Shown here one piece after another: positions 1 to 11,200 of a DNA stretch of 64,000 nucleotides. Position numbers and translations under genes: made by a program. Where the stretch lies: positions 1 to 64,000 of the IMG/VR virus record IMGVR_UViG_3300021959_010405. One strand, written 5' to 3'. The notes below the pieces were generated by a model. It saw only the letters and a list, made by a program, of their open reading frames with translations. It was not told where the DNA came from and searched no databases. Every line of letters begins with the position of its first letter. Within the stretch, counting starts at the first letter, position 1. Source of the stretch: a virus.

Positions 1-39
1 TGAAATAGAGACATCTCCTGAATCTGATCAATAGCGAAT

Positions 40-501
40 TTATTCTGTTTCGATTTCTCTTACCTCAACGTCTATAGTATCACTATCATTAGATTTGTCT
101 ATTAACTCCTTAAGAAGTTCTTCTCTTGTTAATAATAGCTGAGCACCAATTTCTTTATTAGTCTTTGCTTGTTGACTATCTATTTTCATTTGAGTAACTT
201 CCTTTGTATTGGTGTTTTTCTCGCGCGAAGTCACTATCCTTTGTAGAATGTCGATAGAGGAAGTTGCTGATCTTATAAGAGATGCTAACGCTTCGCTGTG
301 ATCCGCGTCTGGGGCTGAATCAATAAAGTCTTTTAAATTCTCTACTGACTCGACACTATCCTTGATAAGCCTTCCCGAATATTTGAGAAGAAACTCCTCA
401 ACATTATCTGGGGTAAGCTCTAGACTATCTTCATTTGCTTTAGATTCTCGTGGAATTTCTTGCAATTGAGATAATAGATCATTTACGGTTTCATCGCTCA
501 C
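40..501 (-). CDS. Putative terminase small subunit (T4 gp16-like)
   Basis: Helical acidic 153-aa ORF. LIKDSVESVENL...HSEALASLIRS and C-terminal LLLTREELLKEL resemble the gp16 pattern. The GTG start has TAAATA 5 nt upstream. Confidence 0.5.
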   Translation of the reverse strand: MSDETVNDLLSQLQEIPRESKANEDSLELTPDNVEEFLLKYSGRLIKDSVESVENLKDFIDSAPDADHSEALASLIRSATSSIDILQRIVTSREKNTNTKEVTQMKIDSQQAKTNKEIGAQLLLTREELLKELIDKSNDSDTIDVEVREIETE

Positions 502-506
502 AAAAT

Positions 507-512
507 TATTTA
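507..512 (-). promoter_or_regulatory. T4-type late promoter core (TAAATA)
   Basis: TAAATA-ATTTT-GTG on the minus strand. Confidence 0.65.
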
Positions 513-521
513 ATACATTTA

Positions 522-549
522 TTGATTTTTACAACATACATATTATACT
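522..549 (+). promoter_or_regulatory. sigma70-like promoter of dut
   Basis: TTGATT-N16-TATACT, 6 nt before ATG 556. Confidence 0.6.
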
Positions 550-555
550 ATTAGT

Positions 556-1068
556 ATGAGGATAGAGTTTCTAAAAACGCATCCGGATGCGAGGCTTCCG
601 GAGCAGAATAATCAAAAAACAGATGGTACTGCAGATACCGGGTACGATTTGTATGCAGTTGAAAATGTTGTTATACCAGGTGTACATATTGAATCTAATA
701 TAGGGTCTGATGCTGAAAAGCGTCTTAAAGTAAACGGCTCATCTAGATATAAAGTTGGATCCGCAGTTGTTCCTGTTGGGTTAGAAGTCGCTTTTATTGA
801 GCCTGGTTACTGGTTTCGTATTGAAGGTAGATCCGGTTTAGGGTTTAAGTACGGAATACAACCTCACTTCGGTATAATTGATAATCAATATCGTGGAGAT
901 CTAGGCGTTAAACTATATAATCTAGGTAGTGATGATTATATCGTATCTGCAGGAGATAAAATCGCTCAAATGGTATTTTATCCTTTAGTAGAAGCTCAAA
1001 TGAAATTTGCAGACGCTAAACAAGAGACCGACAGAGGAGAGAAAGGTTTCGGTTCATCTGGAAAATAA
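556..1068 (+). CDS. dut: Trimeric dUTPase
   Basis: Motifs GYDLYA, GRSG, GIIDNQYRG, GDKIAQM and RGEKGFGSSG. Confidence 0.95.
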   Translation: MRIEFLKTHPDARLPEQNNQKTDGTADTGYDLYAVENVVIPGVHIESNIGSDAEKRLKVNGSSRYKVGSAVVPVGLEVAFIEPGYWFRIEGRSGLGFKYGIQPHFGIIDNQYRGDLGVKLYNLGSDDYIVSAGDKIAQMVFYPLVEAQMKFADAKQETDRGEKGFGSSGK

Positions 1069-1070
1069 CT

Positions 1071-1994
1071 ATGAATTTAATCGACATATGGTGTGAAAAG
1101 TATCGCCCGAAAACTCTTGACGAAATTATCTTGAGCGATCAATCAAGAGCTCAGCTTGATGAGATTGTCAAGAATAAAAGTATACCTCACATATTGCTTC
1201 AAGGCCCTCCAGGTATCGGCAAGACTACATTAGCTAAAATTATAGTTAATGATATTCTTAAATGTCAACATCTCTATATTAATGCTAGTGATGAAGGAGG
1301 AATCGATACAGTACGAAGTAAGATTGTAGGGTTTGCTAAGACTAAGAGTATTGATGGCAATATTAAGGCAGTTATTCTAGATGAGGCAGATGGTTTAACT
1401 CCTGAAGGTCAACGCGCGCTGCGTAATGTTACTGAAGAGTATTCTCAGTATACGAGATTTATTTTTACAGCTAACTTCAAACATAGGATTATTGCTCCTA
1501 TTCAGAGTAGGGTTCAAGAAATTGATATTGAGCCCTCTATCAAGGATGTAGCAAAGAGATGCTTTGATATTCTTAAGAAAGAGAATATTAAAGTTAGCGA
1601 GGATGAAAGGCTAAAATTTGTAGATCTTATTCGCAAGTATTATCCTGATATTCGTAAGACAATTAATATCTTACAAAAGTTTAGTAATAGTGGAGAATTA
1701 AAAATTGTATCTACTGAGAATATTGATCATATTGCATCTGAGGTATATTCTATGCTCAAGGATCCTCTATCTCTTCGCAAATATACAATTAATCATGAAA
1801 TCGATTTTCAAAATGATTATCAAATGCTCTTGAAGGCTGTTCTGGAAATCATATATAAAAGCAGCTTAAAGGATGATACCAAGCAAGAGTGTATATTGAT
1901 AATCTCAGAGCATTTGTACAGATGCTCATTTTGTGTTGATCAGGAGATCAACTTCACTGCATGCTGTATACAGTTGAATAAAGCTATATACTAG
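1071..1994 (+). CDS. gp44: Clamp loader AAA+ subunit (T4 gp44 / RFC-small-like)
   Basis: WCEKYRP, Walker A GPPGIGKT, Walker B ILDEAD, IQSR, DIRKTIN. Confidence 0.92.
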   Translation: MNLIDIWCEKYRPKTLDEIILSDQSRAQLDEIVKNKSIPHILLQGPPGIGKTTLAKIIVNDILKCQHLYINASDEGGIDTVRSKIVGFAKTKSIDGNIKAVILDEADGLTPEGQRALRNVTEEYSQYTRFIFTANFKHRIIAPIQSRVQEIDIEPSIKDVAKRCFDILKKENIKVSEDERLKFVDLIRKYYPDIRKTINILQKFSNSGELKIVSTENIDHIASEVYSMLKDPLSLRKYTINHEIDFQNDYQMLLKAVLEIIYKSSLKDDTKQECILIISEHLYRCSFCVDQEINFTACCIQLNKAIY

Positions 1995-2548
1995 CCCATA
2001 TACTTTCCAGTATACGGAGCATACTTAGGAGGTGTAGGTCCTGGCTGGCTTACATTCTCCCCTGTAGAGTTTTTATCATCGACTTGCTGTAATTTTCCTT
2101 TGCCGTCATCAGCTTTATTAGTCTGATTCATAAACTCTTCTTCCTCATCGCTTACAGGCTCTGGCTTTATATTTATTTGATTATCTCTTCGAAGAGCGTC
2201 TGGTATAGGGTCCAGGTTAGGGTATGTTGTTACAACCTTGCAGCAATCGCATGGCATTGGCATCTTCCCTACGAGGCGACCTCCACCATAATCCGCAGCA
2301 ATCATTAATACTACATCTCCTGTATTATTCAAATCACTCCCTGGGGCGCGTGATGGATATTTATTGACTATATCTACAACCTTTAGATTGAGTCCCTGAT
2401 CTATAAATCCCTTCAATTCCTCTCGGGAATTTTCAGGAACTTTATCTAGATCTGGTATTTCGACAACATCCCCCACGAGAAAACCATTCCGCTGTAATCT
2501 GGTTAAAGTTGATTCACATAGATCTATAAACTTTGACTTGCTTTTCAT
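1991..2548 (-). CDS. Hypothetical late protein
   Basis: 185-aa ORF with TAAATA 7 nt upstream; N-terminal FIDLCES then an SH3-like VGDVVEI segment. Confidence 0.65.
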   Translation of the reverse strand: MKSKSKFIDLCESTLTRLQRNGFLVGDVVEIPDLDKVPENSREELKGFIDQGLNLKVVDIVNKYPSRAPGSDLNNTGDVVLMIAADYGGGRLVGKMPMPCDCCKVVTTYPNLDPIPDALRRDNQINIKPEPVSDEEEEFMNQTNKADDGKGKLQQVDDKNSTGENVSQPGPTPPKYAPYTGKYMG

Positions 2549-2571
2549 CTATCATTATTTATTCTTTTCCC

Positions 2572-2577
2572 TAAATA
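2572..2577 (+). promoter_or_regulatory. Late promoter core of the baseplate operon
   Basis: TAAATA-TTTCT-ATG(2583). Confidence 0.7.
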
Positions 2578-2582
2578 TTTCT

Positions 2583-3068
2583 ATGGGAAACGTTAAAATA
2601 ACATCACTACCTAAAGCGCGTGAATATGATAAGTCGTTCGCATTTTCAGATTTACATTTAGACATCGATACACCGTTTACTAATATATCGGAAGCTTTAG
2701 CGCAAAACAATAAAAAAGATATACAAATTGATTATGATATAGGCGCTATTAAAAATTCTATAGTCAATATTCTAACAACGTCTCCTGGAGAAAAAATATT
2801 AAACCCTACATTTGGTTTAGATTTGCGAGACTATCTATTTGAGCCAGTATCAAAAACTACTGCAGATAGGATATCTTCTCAGATACTCACCGGCTTGTTA
2901 GATCAAGAACCTCGAATAAGGTTTAACTACCCGCCAGAGGTTATACCAAGCCCTGATGAAAAAAGCTATACCATTAATATGCGTGTATCTATACCGTTTC
3001 TAGATGTTAGCGAAATATTCTTAAGTGGTTTACTTGAGTTTGATGGGTTTGTTTTATTAAATACATAA
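2583..3068 (+). CDS. gp25: Baseplate wedge subunit gp25-like
   Basis: AIKNSIVNILTTSPGEKILNPTFGLDLRDYLFEP...EPRI signature. Start moved to ATG 2583, just after the late promoter. Confidence 0.88.
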   Translation: MGNVKITSLPKAREYDKSFAFSDLHLDIDTPFTNISEALAQNNKKDIQIDYDIGAIKNSIVNILTTSPGEKILNPTFGLDLRDYLFEPVSKTTADRISSQILTGLLDQEPRIRFNYPPEVIPSPDEKSYTINMRVSIPFLDVSEIFLSGLLEFDGFVLLNT

Positions 3069-3076
3069 TATAAAGT

Positions 3077-4906
3077 ATGAGTCAAGAATTTGCAGAATAC
3101 AATTTAGCCAAAGGAGCGTACGCTTCTTTCGACGCTATAACATTAAAAGAGTTTATTAAAGAGAGGTTAACTGAGACCTCTATATTTACAGATCAAAACT
3201 ATGAAGGCAGTAATCTAGCGGCTATTACTGATATTTTTGCATTTGCATATCATATTTTACTTTTTTATTATAATCAAACAGCTAGTGAATCGTTATTTGA
3301 TCAATCTGAGTTGTATGAGAATATGAATAAAATAGTTAAAGCTGTTGGGTATAAGCCAACTGGCCCTAGAACATCGGCAGTAACATTTACAGCCGCTGGC
3401 GATGATACTCTACCTATCAACACTTATACTATAAAGAGATACTCGAGTATTAATTTCAACGGATTTACATACACATTTACAAAAGATGCAACATTTGAAA
3501 AAACATTATCCGGGACAGAGACTTTATCTGATTTTGCAGAGAATAATTTAATATATCAAGGAACTGTAGTTGAATATCCAGATTATACCGCTATTGGGGA
3601 AGATAATGAAGTATTAACTATAATTTTTGATTCAACAGAAGAAGATGCTACATTTATTGATTTCGATAATATTGATGTATATGTCGAGAATGCCAGTACT
3701 GGTGAGTGGTCTCAATGGGAGGAGGTTGATTCGCTATTTTTATCTAAATCAACCGATAAAGTATTCGATAAGAGAGTGAATGAAAATGGCCGATATGAAT
3801 TAAAGTTCGGAAATAATATTAATGGTAAAAGACTCTCTCCCGGAGATATTGTATCGGTATTTTATCTATTAAGCGATGGTGATAGAGCTATACTTGATCA
3901 AAATTTACTCTCTCAGGCAAGCAGCATAACGGAATATAGAACTACAAAATTTGATACGTTGCAAGATTATATATATGATTCAGATTTAACATTTTTATCA
4001 CCGAACTTATCACAAGCAATCTCTATAGATAACCCAATACAGTCTACAAGAACATCGACGTATGAAGATGTAGATAGTATAAAAAGTCTAGCCCCGAAAT
4101 TATTTACTGCGCAGAATCGAGCAGTATCAATAACAGATTATAATGCATTTATAGAGAAAAAATTTAACAATATTTTACAGTCATTTAAAGTTGTCTCAAA
4201 TGAGACCTATCTAGGCGGTTATATGAATTATTTTTATGACATCGGATTATCTAGACCGAACGATAATACAAATGTTCTAACTAATCAGGTTTTATATGCA
4301 GATGCATGCGATTTTAATAATGTATACATATTCGCAGTTCCGAAGGTAGGTGCAATATTGGACGAGACTACACCGAATGCTATTCCCATATCCCAAAAGA
4401 ATGCAATACACTCCCAGCTGCAAGACGTAAAAATGATTACTAATGAGATAGTAATCTCCGATCCAATATATACAGCTTTCGATTTTGGAGTTGATATATC
4501 TACCAACGAACCTCGGACGCTATCTAAAATAAGAGATGGTGCAAAAATCGAGATAGAAATAGATTCGCAGTCACGTATTTCAAAAGAAGTCATAAAAAAT
4601 TCAGCAATTGCAGCTATTAAAGACTTCTTTAAAGTTAGTAATAATAATCTTGGCCAATTAGTAGATTTATCTATATTATCAAGAACAGTTTTATCAATAG
4701 AAGGTGTTATAAGCATTTCTACAAAATATACACACAATGATAAAGTATATACTGTTCCCGGGTTTAGCTTTGTTACATGGAATCCGCAATATCCAGAAGA
4801 AGATATAGCTATAACAACTCAAACAATTTCTTTACCATATTTTAAGTTTCCGTTCCTCTTCGAAGAGTCGAATCTATCGCTTAAAATTGACATTATTCGT
4901 AGATGA
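3077..4906 (+). CDS. gp6: Baseplate wedge subunit gp6-like
   Basis: FTDQNYEGSNL, GYKP, YELKFGNNINGK and QNRAVSITDY motifs; directly follows gp25. Confidence 0.88.
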   Translation: MSQEFAEYNLAKGAYASFDAITLKEFIKERLTETSIFTDQNYEGSNLAAITDIFAFAYHILLFYYNQTASESLFDQSELYENMNKIVKAVGYKPTGPRTSAVTFTAAGDDTLPINTYTIKRYSSINFNGFTYTFTKDATFEKTLSGTETLSDFAENNLIYQGTVVEYPDYTAIGEDNEVLTIIFDSTEEDATFIDFDNIDVYVENASTGEWSQWEEVDSLFLSKSTDKVFDKRVNENGRYELKFGNNINGKRLSPGDIVSVFYLLSDGDRAILDQNLLSQASSITEYRTTKFDTLQDYIYDSDLTFLSPNLSQAISIDNPIQSTRTSTYEDVDSIKSLAPKLFTAQNRAVSITDYNAFIEKKFNNILQSFKVVSNETYLGGYMNYFYDIGLSRPNDNTNVLTNQVLYADACDFNNVYIFAVPKVGAILDETTPNAIPISQKNAIHSQLQDVKMITNEIVISDPIYTAFDFGVDISTNEPRTLSKIRDGAKIEIEIDSQSRISKEVIKNSAIAAIKDFFKVSNNNLGQLVDLSILSRTVLSIEGVISISTKYTHNDKVYTVPGFSFVTWNPQYPEEDIAITTQTISLPYFKFPFLFEESNLSLKIDIIRR

Positions 4907-7900
4907 GCGATCATATAAAAACAGATTACGTATTTTTCAGAACTAAAAACTTTACGGGGAATTATGCAACAAGTGGATATGCTTTGAGTATATCTCCCTT
5001 TACCTTTTTACCTGATGTTTCACAAAGCGTTCTTTATTCTAAGCAAAGGATACTCTGGGATTTCGGTGATGGTACTACATCCCAAGAATTGTGCGCATCT
5101 CATTACTATACATCGCCAGGAACATATACTGTATCGCTATATCTATATAATAGCGCTGGTGATTCTTTTATTGACTCTTTTAGTACAGCTGTTACTGTAG
5201 ATAATTATATAACAGATACAATAACACTATCTAGCGACTCTAATTTTGTTCAAGAAGCAGGTAGTATAGGCAATGTTAATGGTATAACTGTTATTAGATA
5301 TAATAGCTGGCAATCTTATAATGCTCTTTCTGCAGATGGGTATACTATTAACCTATACGCATCAGGTAGTAATGATGATTTCTTTGATGAAGAAACATAC
5401 AATAAAACAAAATATGGGCATCTAGACTCGTATAATAAATTTTATTCTAAAGATTACAATAATGTATCGCAACGCTATGATTTAGTCCCTAGAGAGAGTG
5501 TACAGACATCGAATAACCTTCTGTACGCAAAAGTTAGTGGTGAAGATTTAATATTATGCGATAGGAGTGAAGATAATGCAGTATTTGTGGGATCCTATGG
5601 GACAGCAAAAATATATTTTTCAGCTGACAGACCTTCGATTGATGGTTTATGGTTTAGAGAAAGAACTCCAGTATTAATTTTCGCAAGTTTTGATACTTCA
5701 AATTTCAAAAGCAGAATATCTCAAGAAAATAATTATACTGTAGATAATTCCTTACCCTACTTAAACTCTATTACAACTAATGCAGGATTTGTAATCACTC
5801 CTCAGTTAAGTGTAAATCAGCTCTCATTTTCGTCTAACGGGATAGACGGTATAGGTGATAATGAGCAAGTGTTTAATATTAACCCGACCCAGTACGTTGA
5901 GACTAAAATCCCAGTTGTCATAAAAGTAAAAGATGCTGATAACTATCCGACAAAATACATACCAACTCTCACAGCTGTTGATTCAATATCGAATAATTAT
6001 GAAATAAAAATAGATGTATTGAGCGGTGACGGAGATTTGGTGAGTGAAGCTGCGCAGCCAGTTATAGTATCAGATTTTTCCGGAGTATCTTCATATGATT
6101 CAGGAGGCTACTGGAAAGGGTTTTTATACTTCCCCAGCACATTTTTAGCTAGCAATAGCGCTAATACTTTAACCAATATTCATTTATCAGCTAATACTAC
6201 TATATATGAGCAATACAATTATGTAAAAGACCCTACGCCATTAGCATTTGTAGGAATGCCAAGCGCTGGGGACATATCTAGAGTAAACATAATACAAGAC
6301 TTTAATGTATGCAACGGAGACTCTTTAAAAACGAGAGGTAAAGCAGAATCTGGATTTAATATTAGTACTAATAATGAGCCTTTATCAAATATATCAGTCC
6401 AGGTAGTGCCTGAGGAAATATCTGATATAGGATCATACTACAACATTTGGGTAACGGATGATAATAATAATAGGTTGCAGAAATATGACTCGTTCGGCAA
6501 TTTGTTAATAACAAGAAATTTAACATATAACCCATATCAGATCGCCGCTGACAGTGAAAAGAATGTTTGGGTTTCATTATTTGATAGTAAACGAGTATTT
6601 AAATATGATTCAAACGGACTTAGCCTACAGTCTACGATAGCGTTTTCATCTAACCCTACTGTCAGCGCTACAGCGATCGAAGTTGATAGTTTAGATAATG
6701 TTTGGGTAGCATATAATGATACTACTGAGTTGTCCGCGGCTCTTGTAAAGTTCAGTACAGATGGGACTCAACTATCTAGTGTATATTTAACTGCGGGATA
6801 TATAATAGGGGATATAGCTGTTACACAAGATAATGATTTATGGGTTACAATGCAGGACACAGCAACTGCGAGTGAGTTAGCTAATTATAATGATCTTATA
6901 GGTTATCATGATGATAGCGCTGGAACAACATCTACAGTTTATGGGGTTTCAGGTAGAGCTAGCTATATTACTATTGATGTTGATAATAATCCATATTTTA
7001 TCAACAACACAAATACAGTAATAAAATTATCCGCTACTAATTATTCTCCAACGGTAATTAGCTTACCAGAATCAGATAATACAAATGCTCTCGAATCTGA
7101 TTTGACCGGGATTGCATCCACTGCTGGTAAAGATGTAATTGTAATTAATAATTCCCGAAGTAGCCTAATGGTTATTGATACAGTCGCTGCAGCATATGAT
7201 ACTGAATATGTTATTAATGGTGTTGCCGGAAATGAAATATCTACGTTAGGGGATTGGACTGGGTTTGATTGGATTTTAAAATACTCCCCAAGAACCAATA
7301 CCCTTTCTGGGTCAGTCTCCGGAGTCAGTAGCAAGTTTAATGTTTTTAATGTTGAAGATAGATATCTCTTTGGCAAAACTAATGAGGATTTTGACACTGC
7401 AGAACTCTATAAAGATTTAAGATATCAAGAAGCTCTATTTGACGATAGTAATTTATTTGATGTATTTATAAAATCTATTGTTGGTAATGTTGATTCAGAC
7501 CCTACCAGCTTGGGTAAAACCATGTATGAAAAAGCAGCAAATTTCGTATCTAATAATCAGGATATAGATACATGCGAAATTGACGCTTTATATAGTATAT
7601 GTAAGCTATTCGATGAAAATCTCGAATATTTTGATCAATTCAGATTTACATCCCCCGCTACAATAAAGAGACTAATTAATTTAATATCTATAAAGCAGTC
7701 CAAACTATGGGGTGGTAGAAATAAATTTGATAGGGATTTCGATGTAAACAATTATGACCCATCTATTAATAATTACTTCGGTCTAAATCTCGGTGAAAAA
7801 CTCGATATATCTACTACAATACTAACTGCTGGCAGCGCATCTGAACCGATAGTAGCTTATAGCAAATTCGGCGAAAAATATACCTATATCAACACTAACA

Positions 7901-8238
7901 TAGTTAGCTCGGCACATGTCGATTTTATTGATGAAGATTTGCAGACATACGCACTGTCATCATACAATTATAGATGGGGATGGCCTTTAGTACTCACATC
8001 TGATATTTCCGGGTCGAATGGGTTGGATCAATATTACAACTTCCATACATACACCCCAGGTTTTGAGGATACACAATCGGAAGGGACTATCAATTGGGGA
8101 GATACTATAAACACTCTACAGGAAACGGCAAGTGCTAAAGATACTTGGTTCGGTGAAAATCAAATAGTGGAAAATATTTTTACCTATAATTTAATGCAGG
8201 GATTGAATATATTCTACACAACAACAGGTAGTTCTTAG
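4903..8238 (+). CDS. Large baseplate/tail protein with N-terminal PKD domain and beta-propeller
   Basis: WDFGDG...HYYTSPGTYTVSL (PKD); repeated IAxD..NVWV blades; coupled to gp6 by an ATGA overlap. Confidence 0.7.
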   Translation: MSDHIKTDYVFFRTKNFTGNYATSGYALSISPFTFLPDVSQSVLYSKQRILWDFGDGTTSQELCASHYYTSPGTYTVSLYLYNSAGDSFIDSFSTAVTVDNYITDTITLSSDSNFVQEAGSIGNVNGITVIRYNSWQSYNALSADGYTINLYASGSNDDFFDEETYNKTKYGHLDSYNKFYSKDYNNVSQRYDLVPRESVQTSNNLLYAKVSGEDLILCDRSEDNAVFVGSYGTAKIYFSADRPSIDGLWFRERTPVLIFASFDTSNFKSRISQENNYTVDNSLPYLNSITTNAGFVITPQLSVNQLSFSSNGIDGIGDNEQVFNINPTQYVETKIPVVIKVKDADNYPTKYIPTLTAVDSISNNYEIKIDVLSGDGDLVSEAAQPVIVSDFSGVSSYDSGGYWKGFLYFPSTFLASNSANTLTNIHLSANTTIYEQYNYVKDPTPLAFVGMPSAGDISRVNIIQDFNVCNGDSLKTRGKAESGFNISTNNEPLSNISVQVVPEEISDIGSYYNIWVTDDNNNRLQKYDSFGNLLITRNLTYNPYQIAADSEKNVWVSLFDSKRVFKYDSNGLSLQSTIAFSSNPTVSATAIEVDSLDNVWVAYNDTTELSAALVKFSTDGTQLSSVYLTAGYIIGDIAVTQDNDLWVTMQDTATASELANYNDLIGYHDDSAGTTSTVYGVSGRASYITIDVDNNPYFINNTNTVIKLSATNYSPTVISLPESDNTNALESDLTGIASTAGKDVIVINNSRSSLMVIDTVAAAYDTEYVINGVAGNEISTLGDWTGFDWILKYSPRTNTLSGSVSGVSSKFNVFNVEDRYLFGKTNEDFDTAELYKDLRYQEALFDDSNLFDVFIKSIVGNVDSDPTSLGKTMYEKAANFVSNNQDIDTCEIDALYSICKLFDENLEYFDQFRFTSPATIKRLINLISIKQSKLWGGRNKFDRDFDVNNYDPSINNYFGLNLGEKLDISTTILTAGSASEPIVAYSKFGEKYTYINTNIVSSAHVDFIDEDLQTYALSSYNYRWGWPLVLTSDISGSNGLDQYYNFHTYTPGFEDTQSEGTINWGDTINTLQETASAKDTWFGENQIVENIFTYNLMQGLNIFYTTTGSS

Positions 8239-8260
8239 TAGTATAGATTACTATACTACA

Positions 8261-8266
8261 TAAATA
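8261..8266 (+). promoter_or_regulatory. Late promoter core
   Basis: TAAATA-TATTT-ATG(8272), preceded by a 9-bp hairpin at 8238-8259. Confidence 0.7.
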
Positions 8267-8271
8267 TATTT

Positions 8272-11200
8272 ATGTCGTCTTTAAATGGATTAGTTGTTAT
8301 TGAAAATTCTATAACAAATCCAAAATCTAACCCAAAATATTGGATAGATAATAGGGAACCTTTGTCGTTTTTTGATTTTCTTAAATATATTGGTGAAGAA
8401 GCAACTCCAAAGGAATTTAATAATACATATAATTCCTATCTTCAAGATTGGTATGCTAAAAAAGGTACTAATACAGCAGTTATTGCAGGCAAGGTCCGCG
8501 ATCAATATAAGGAATTATTTAAGGAAATTTCTTTAAATTATACTACTGCAGAAGAAAAGAGATTCTTAACTAATATCGATTATAATGATGAGCAGGATGT
8601 AGCTATAGCTATACCATTTTTCAGTAAAAAGCTATCCGATATTTGCCAGTTTTATATTAAGAAGAGAGAAAAGGTAAAGTCTAAAGCACAACTTAACAAA
8701 TATAGAGGGTCACGTGTAGGCTTAGAAAAAACTATATCCGGGATAATACTCGATTATATTCTTATTGATGATAGTGATAATACGTATAATACAGCCAGTA
8801 TATCATTATCGTCTATAACGCAAGGGTTGCAAATAGAAGTGGAAGAGCTATATGATATATACTCTGAATATTTCAATATTGATCCGGACTTAGCTGCTGG
8901 CAACTATGAAAGTAGCTCTCAAATAAGAGAGAATCTATTTACTGCTAATTCAAATGATGTAGATTACGATCTATTTGTTGACTTTGACTTAGCATTAAAG
9001 AAAAGTATTTTTGACCAACCTATAACTATTGATGGCTTAGGAGATCTACTTGAAGTTAACTATGAGCCAGATTTTACTGAGTTGGTTTGTAGACCAGATG
9101 GGATATTAGACGAGTTATTAGATGAAAATTCCGACCCAACTAGAAATAGACTATCTCTTAAGAAGCAGCTATTAGAGAAATATATAGGCACAGATATATA
9201 TTATCTCTCCACTAATAGTACTGGAACAGACTATCTATCAGGGGTATTATTTAAGTCACAGAATCCTTCAAAAAATTTATTAAATAGAAGATTTCCAGGA
9301 ACTGCGTCAGTTCCTAGTAATAAGCACAGATCGGCAAGAGACATAGGCCTATTCTTCAAGCCGGATAATTTAGGTGTATTACACTTTAAGACTAATACAA
9401 ATAGATACAATATAAAAACAGAAGGTCTAGAGCCAGACAAAGTTTATGTTTTCCCAGACCCAGAGATATATGGTAATGTATCTAATATTACAAATGAGCC
9501 TTATGATTACCCATTCTATTTTGTAATAGATAACTCAGTATACAAGAAAAATAATAGCTACTCGTTTTCTATAGGGGACATATATAGCACACCTGAGGAT
9601 CAGCTCTTTTACGGTTATAAATCATATCAAGACTCTCCATCTACTTCAAACCAAACAAATTTACTCAAGACGTTTACATCCTTATATGATACAGGGATTA
9701 TTACAGACTGGCACGAGGATATCTTCGGAAATCAGTATGGTCTTTTAAAAGGGCCTAATTTAAACATCAAATCTCTAAGCTCAATATCGCCTGAAGTTCT
9801 TCCTGGAGATGATAGAAATTATGTTGTATTGGATGGTCATGATTTTTATGATGATCTAGAAGGATTCTCATTTAACTACTCTGTAAGTACTGGATTTACG
9901 AATGATGGGGATATAAGGTCTGGGGTTAGTGCCCGAACAATAGATGAGGCTCCCCACAATGGCAATTTTGATACAGGGTACCCATTTCTAAGTACTGGAA
10001 TGTTCGAGCTTACTGGGTCTCCAGTAAGACCTTTATACTTCCGCGAATTCTCGCCCTATATAGATGCATTATACAGCAAATCTCTAGAGGTATTAAAAAA
10101 GAATGGAAAGATTCTAGATGGCGCGGTATTCTTATTCGATGATGGCACTATATCTGATCCATTATCCGCGGGATCTGTAGATTATAATACCTCTTACACA
10201 GCTTTAAATACTTATTACAGTTTACTAGTTGAAGCCGGGTCCAATCCATCAAACCCGTTACTCCCAGCGCCAGACGGGGCTGCTAGCTTTTATTCTACAC
10301 CACCACTGTCTGCCTCAATTGTGAGTGTATTTGATGCTGGCAGCTTTTTAACTGAAGTAACTCTCGATAATGATTACCCATTCACTAATAGTATTTTTGA
10401 TTATGATCAATCAACAAATAATTTTTCATCTACAGTAATATCTTCAACTACCGGAAACCATATTGAACAAACAATTGAAGATGTGAGGGGGCTATCTGGA
10501 TCCGCGTTTGTAAGAAATATAAGCACTAATGAAGTACTACCTCTTAGTTCTGAGCTTTACAATGTATATAGAAAGTACCCGGACGTGGTTGAAAATGAAG
10601 TCTATTCTAACGTTCGATGGTTAGATGTTAATAATGATTCTATTTTTATCATAACAAACAACTATTTTGTTATCGATAAAATAAACTATGTAGATGGTGT
10701 ATATAAATCCCCTAATACTACTACTTTATATTATGATATTAGTAATACGGATGGTTTTACTCATGTAAGTTATCCATACTATAAAACAGATATAGACAAA
10801 ACATATTTCGCTATTACACAATTATTATCTACTAATTCAACAAACAGCTACAAAACTATCTACCCGGAAATATACGAGTATAATAATAAAACAAATAAAT
10901 CTAATAAAATATTCCCAACAACGGAAAGTGTATCGACTCTGCAGAATTACTTCCGGCTTAATGATCCTGCTTCATATAATGGTATAAATATTATAAGAAT
11001 TAAGAGACCATCTCTAACGTATAATTCGAGAAACAATTTATATTCTATAACTTACGTTGGTGAAGATGGTAATAATGTAGGGTATATATTTAATATTAAA
11101 TTTAGCTACTTAAACGAAAATATTACTTTTAAATCAATTAAATGGTATAAATTGTCTACAAACGGGTCAACTTATAACTTTTATGACTCACTAGGGGGTC

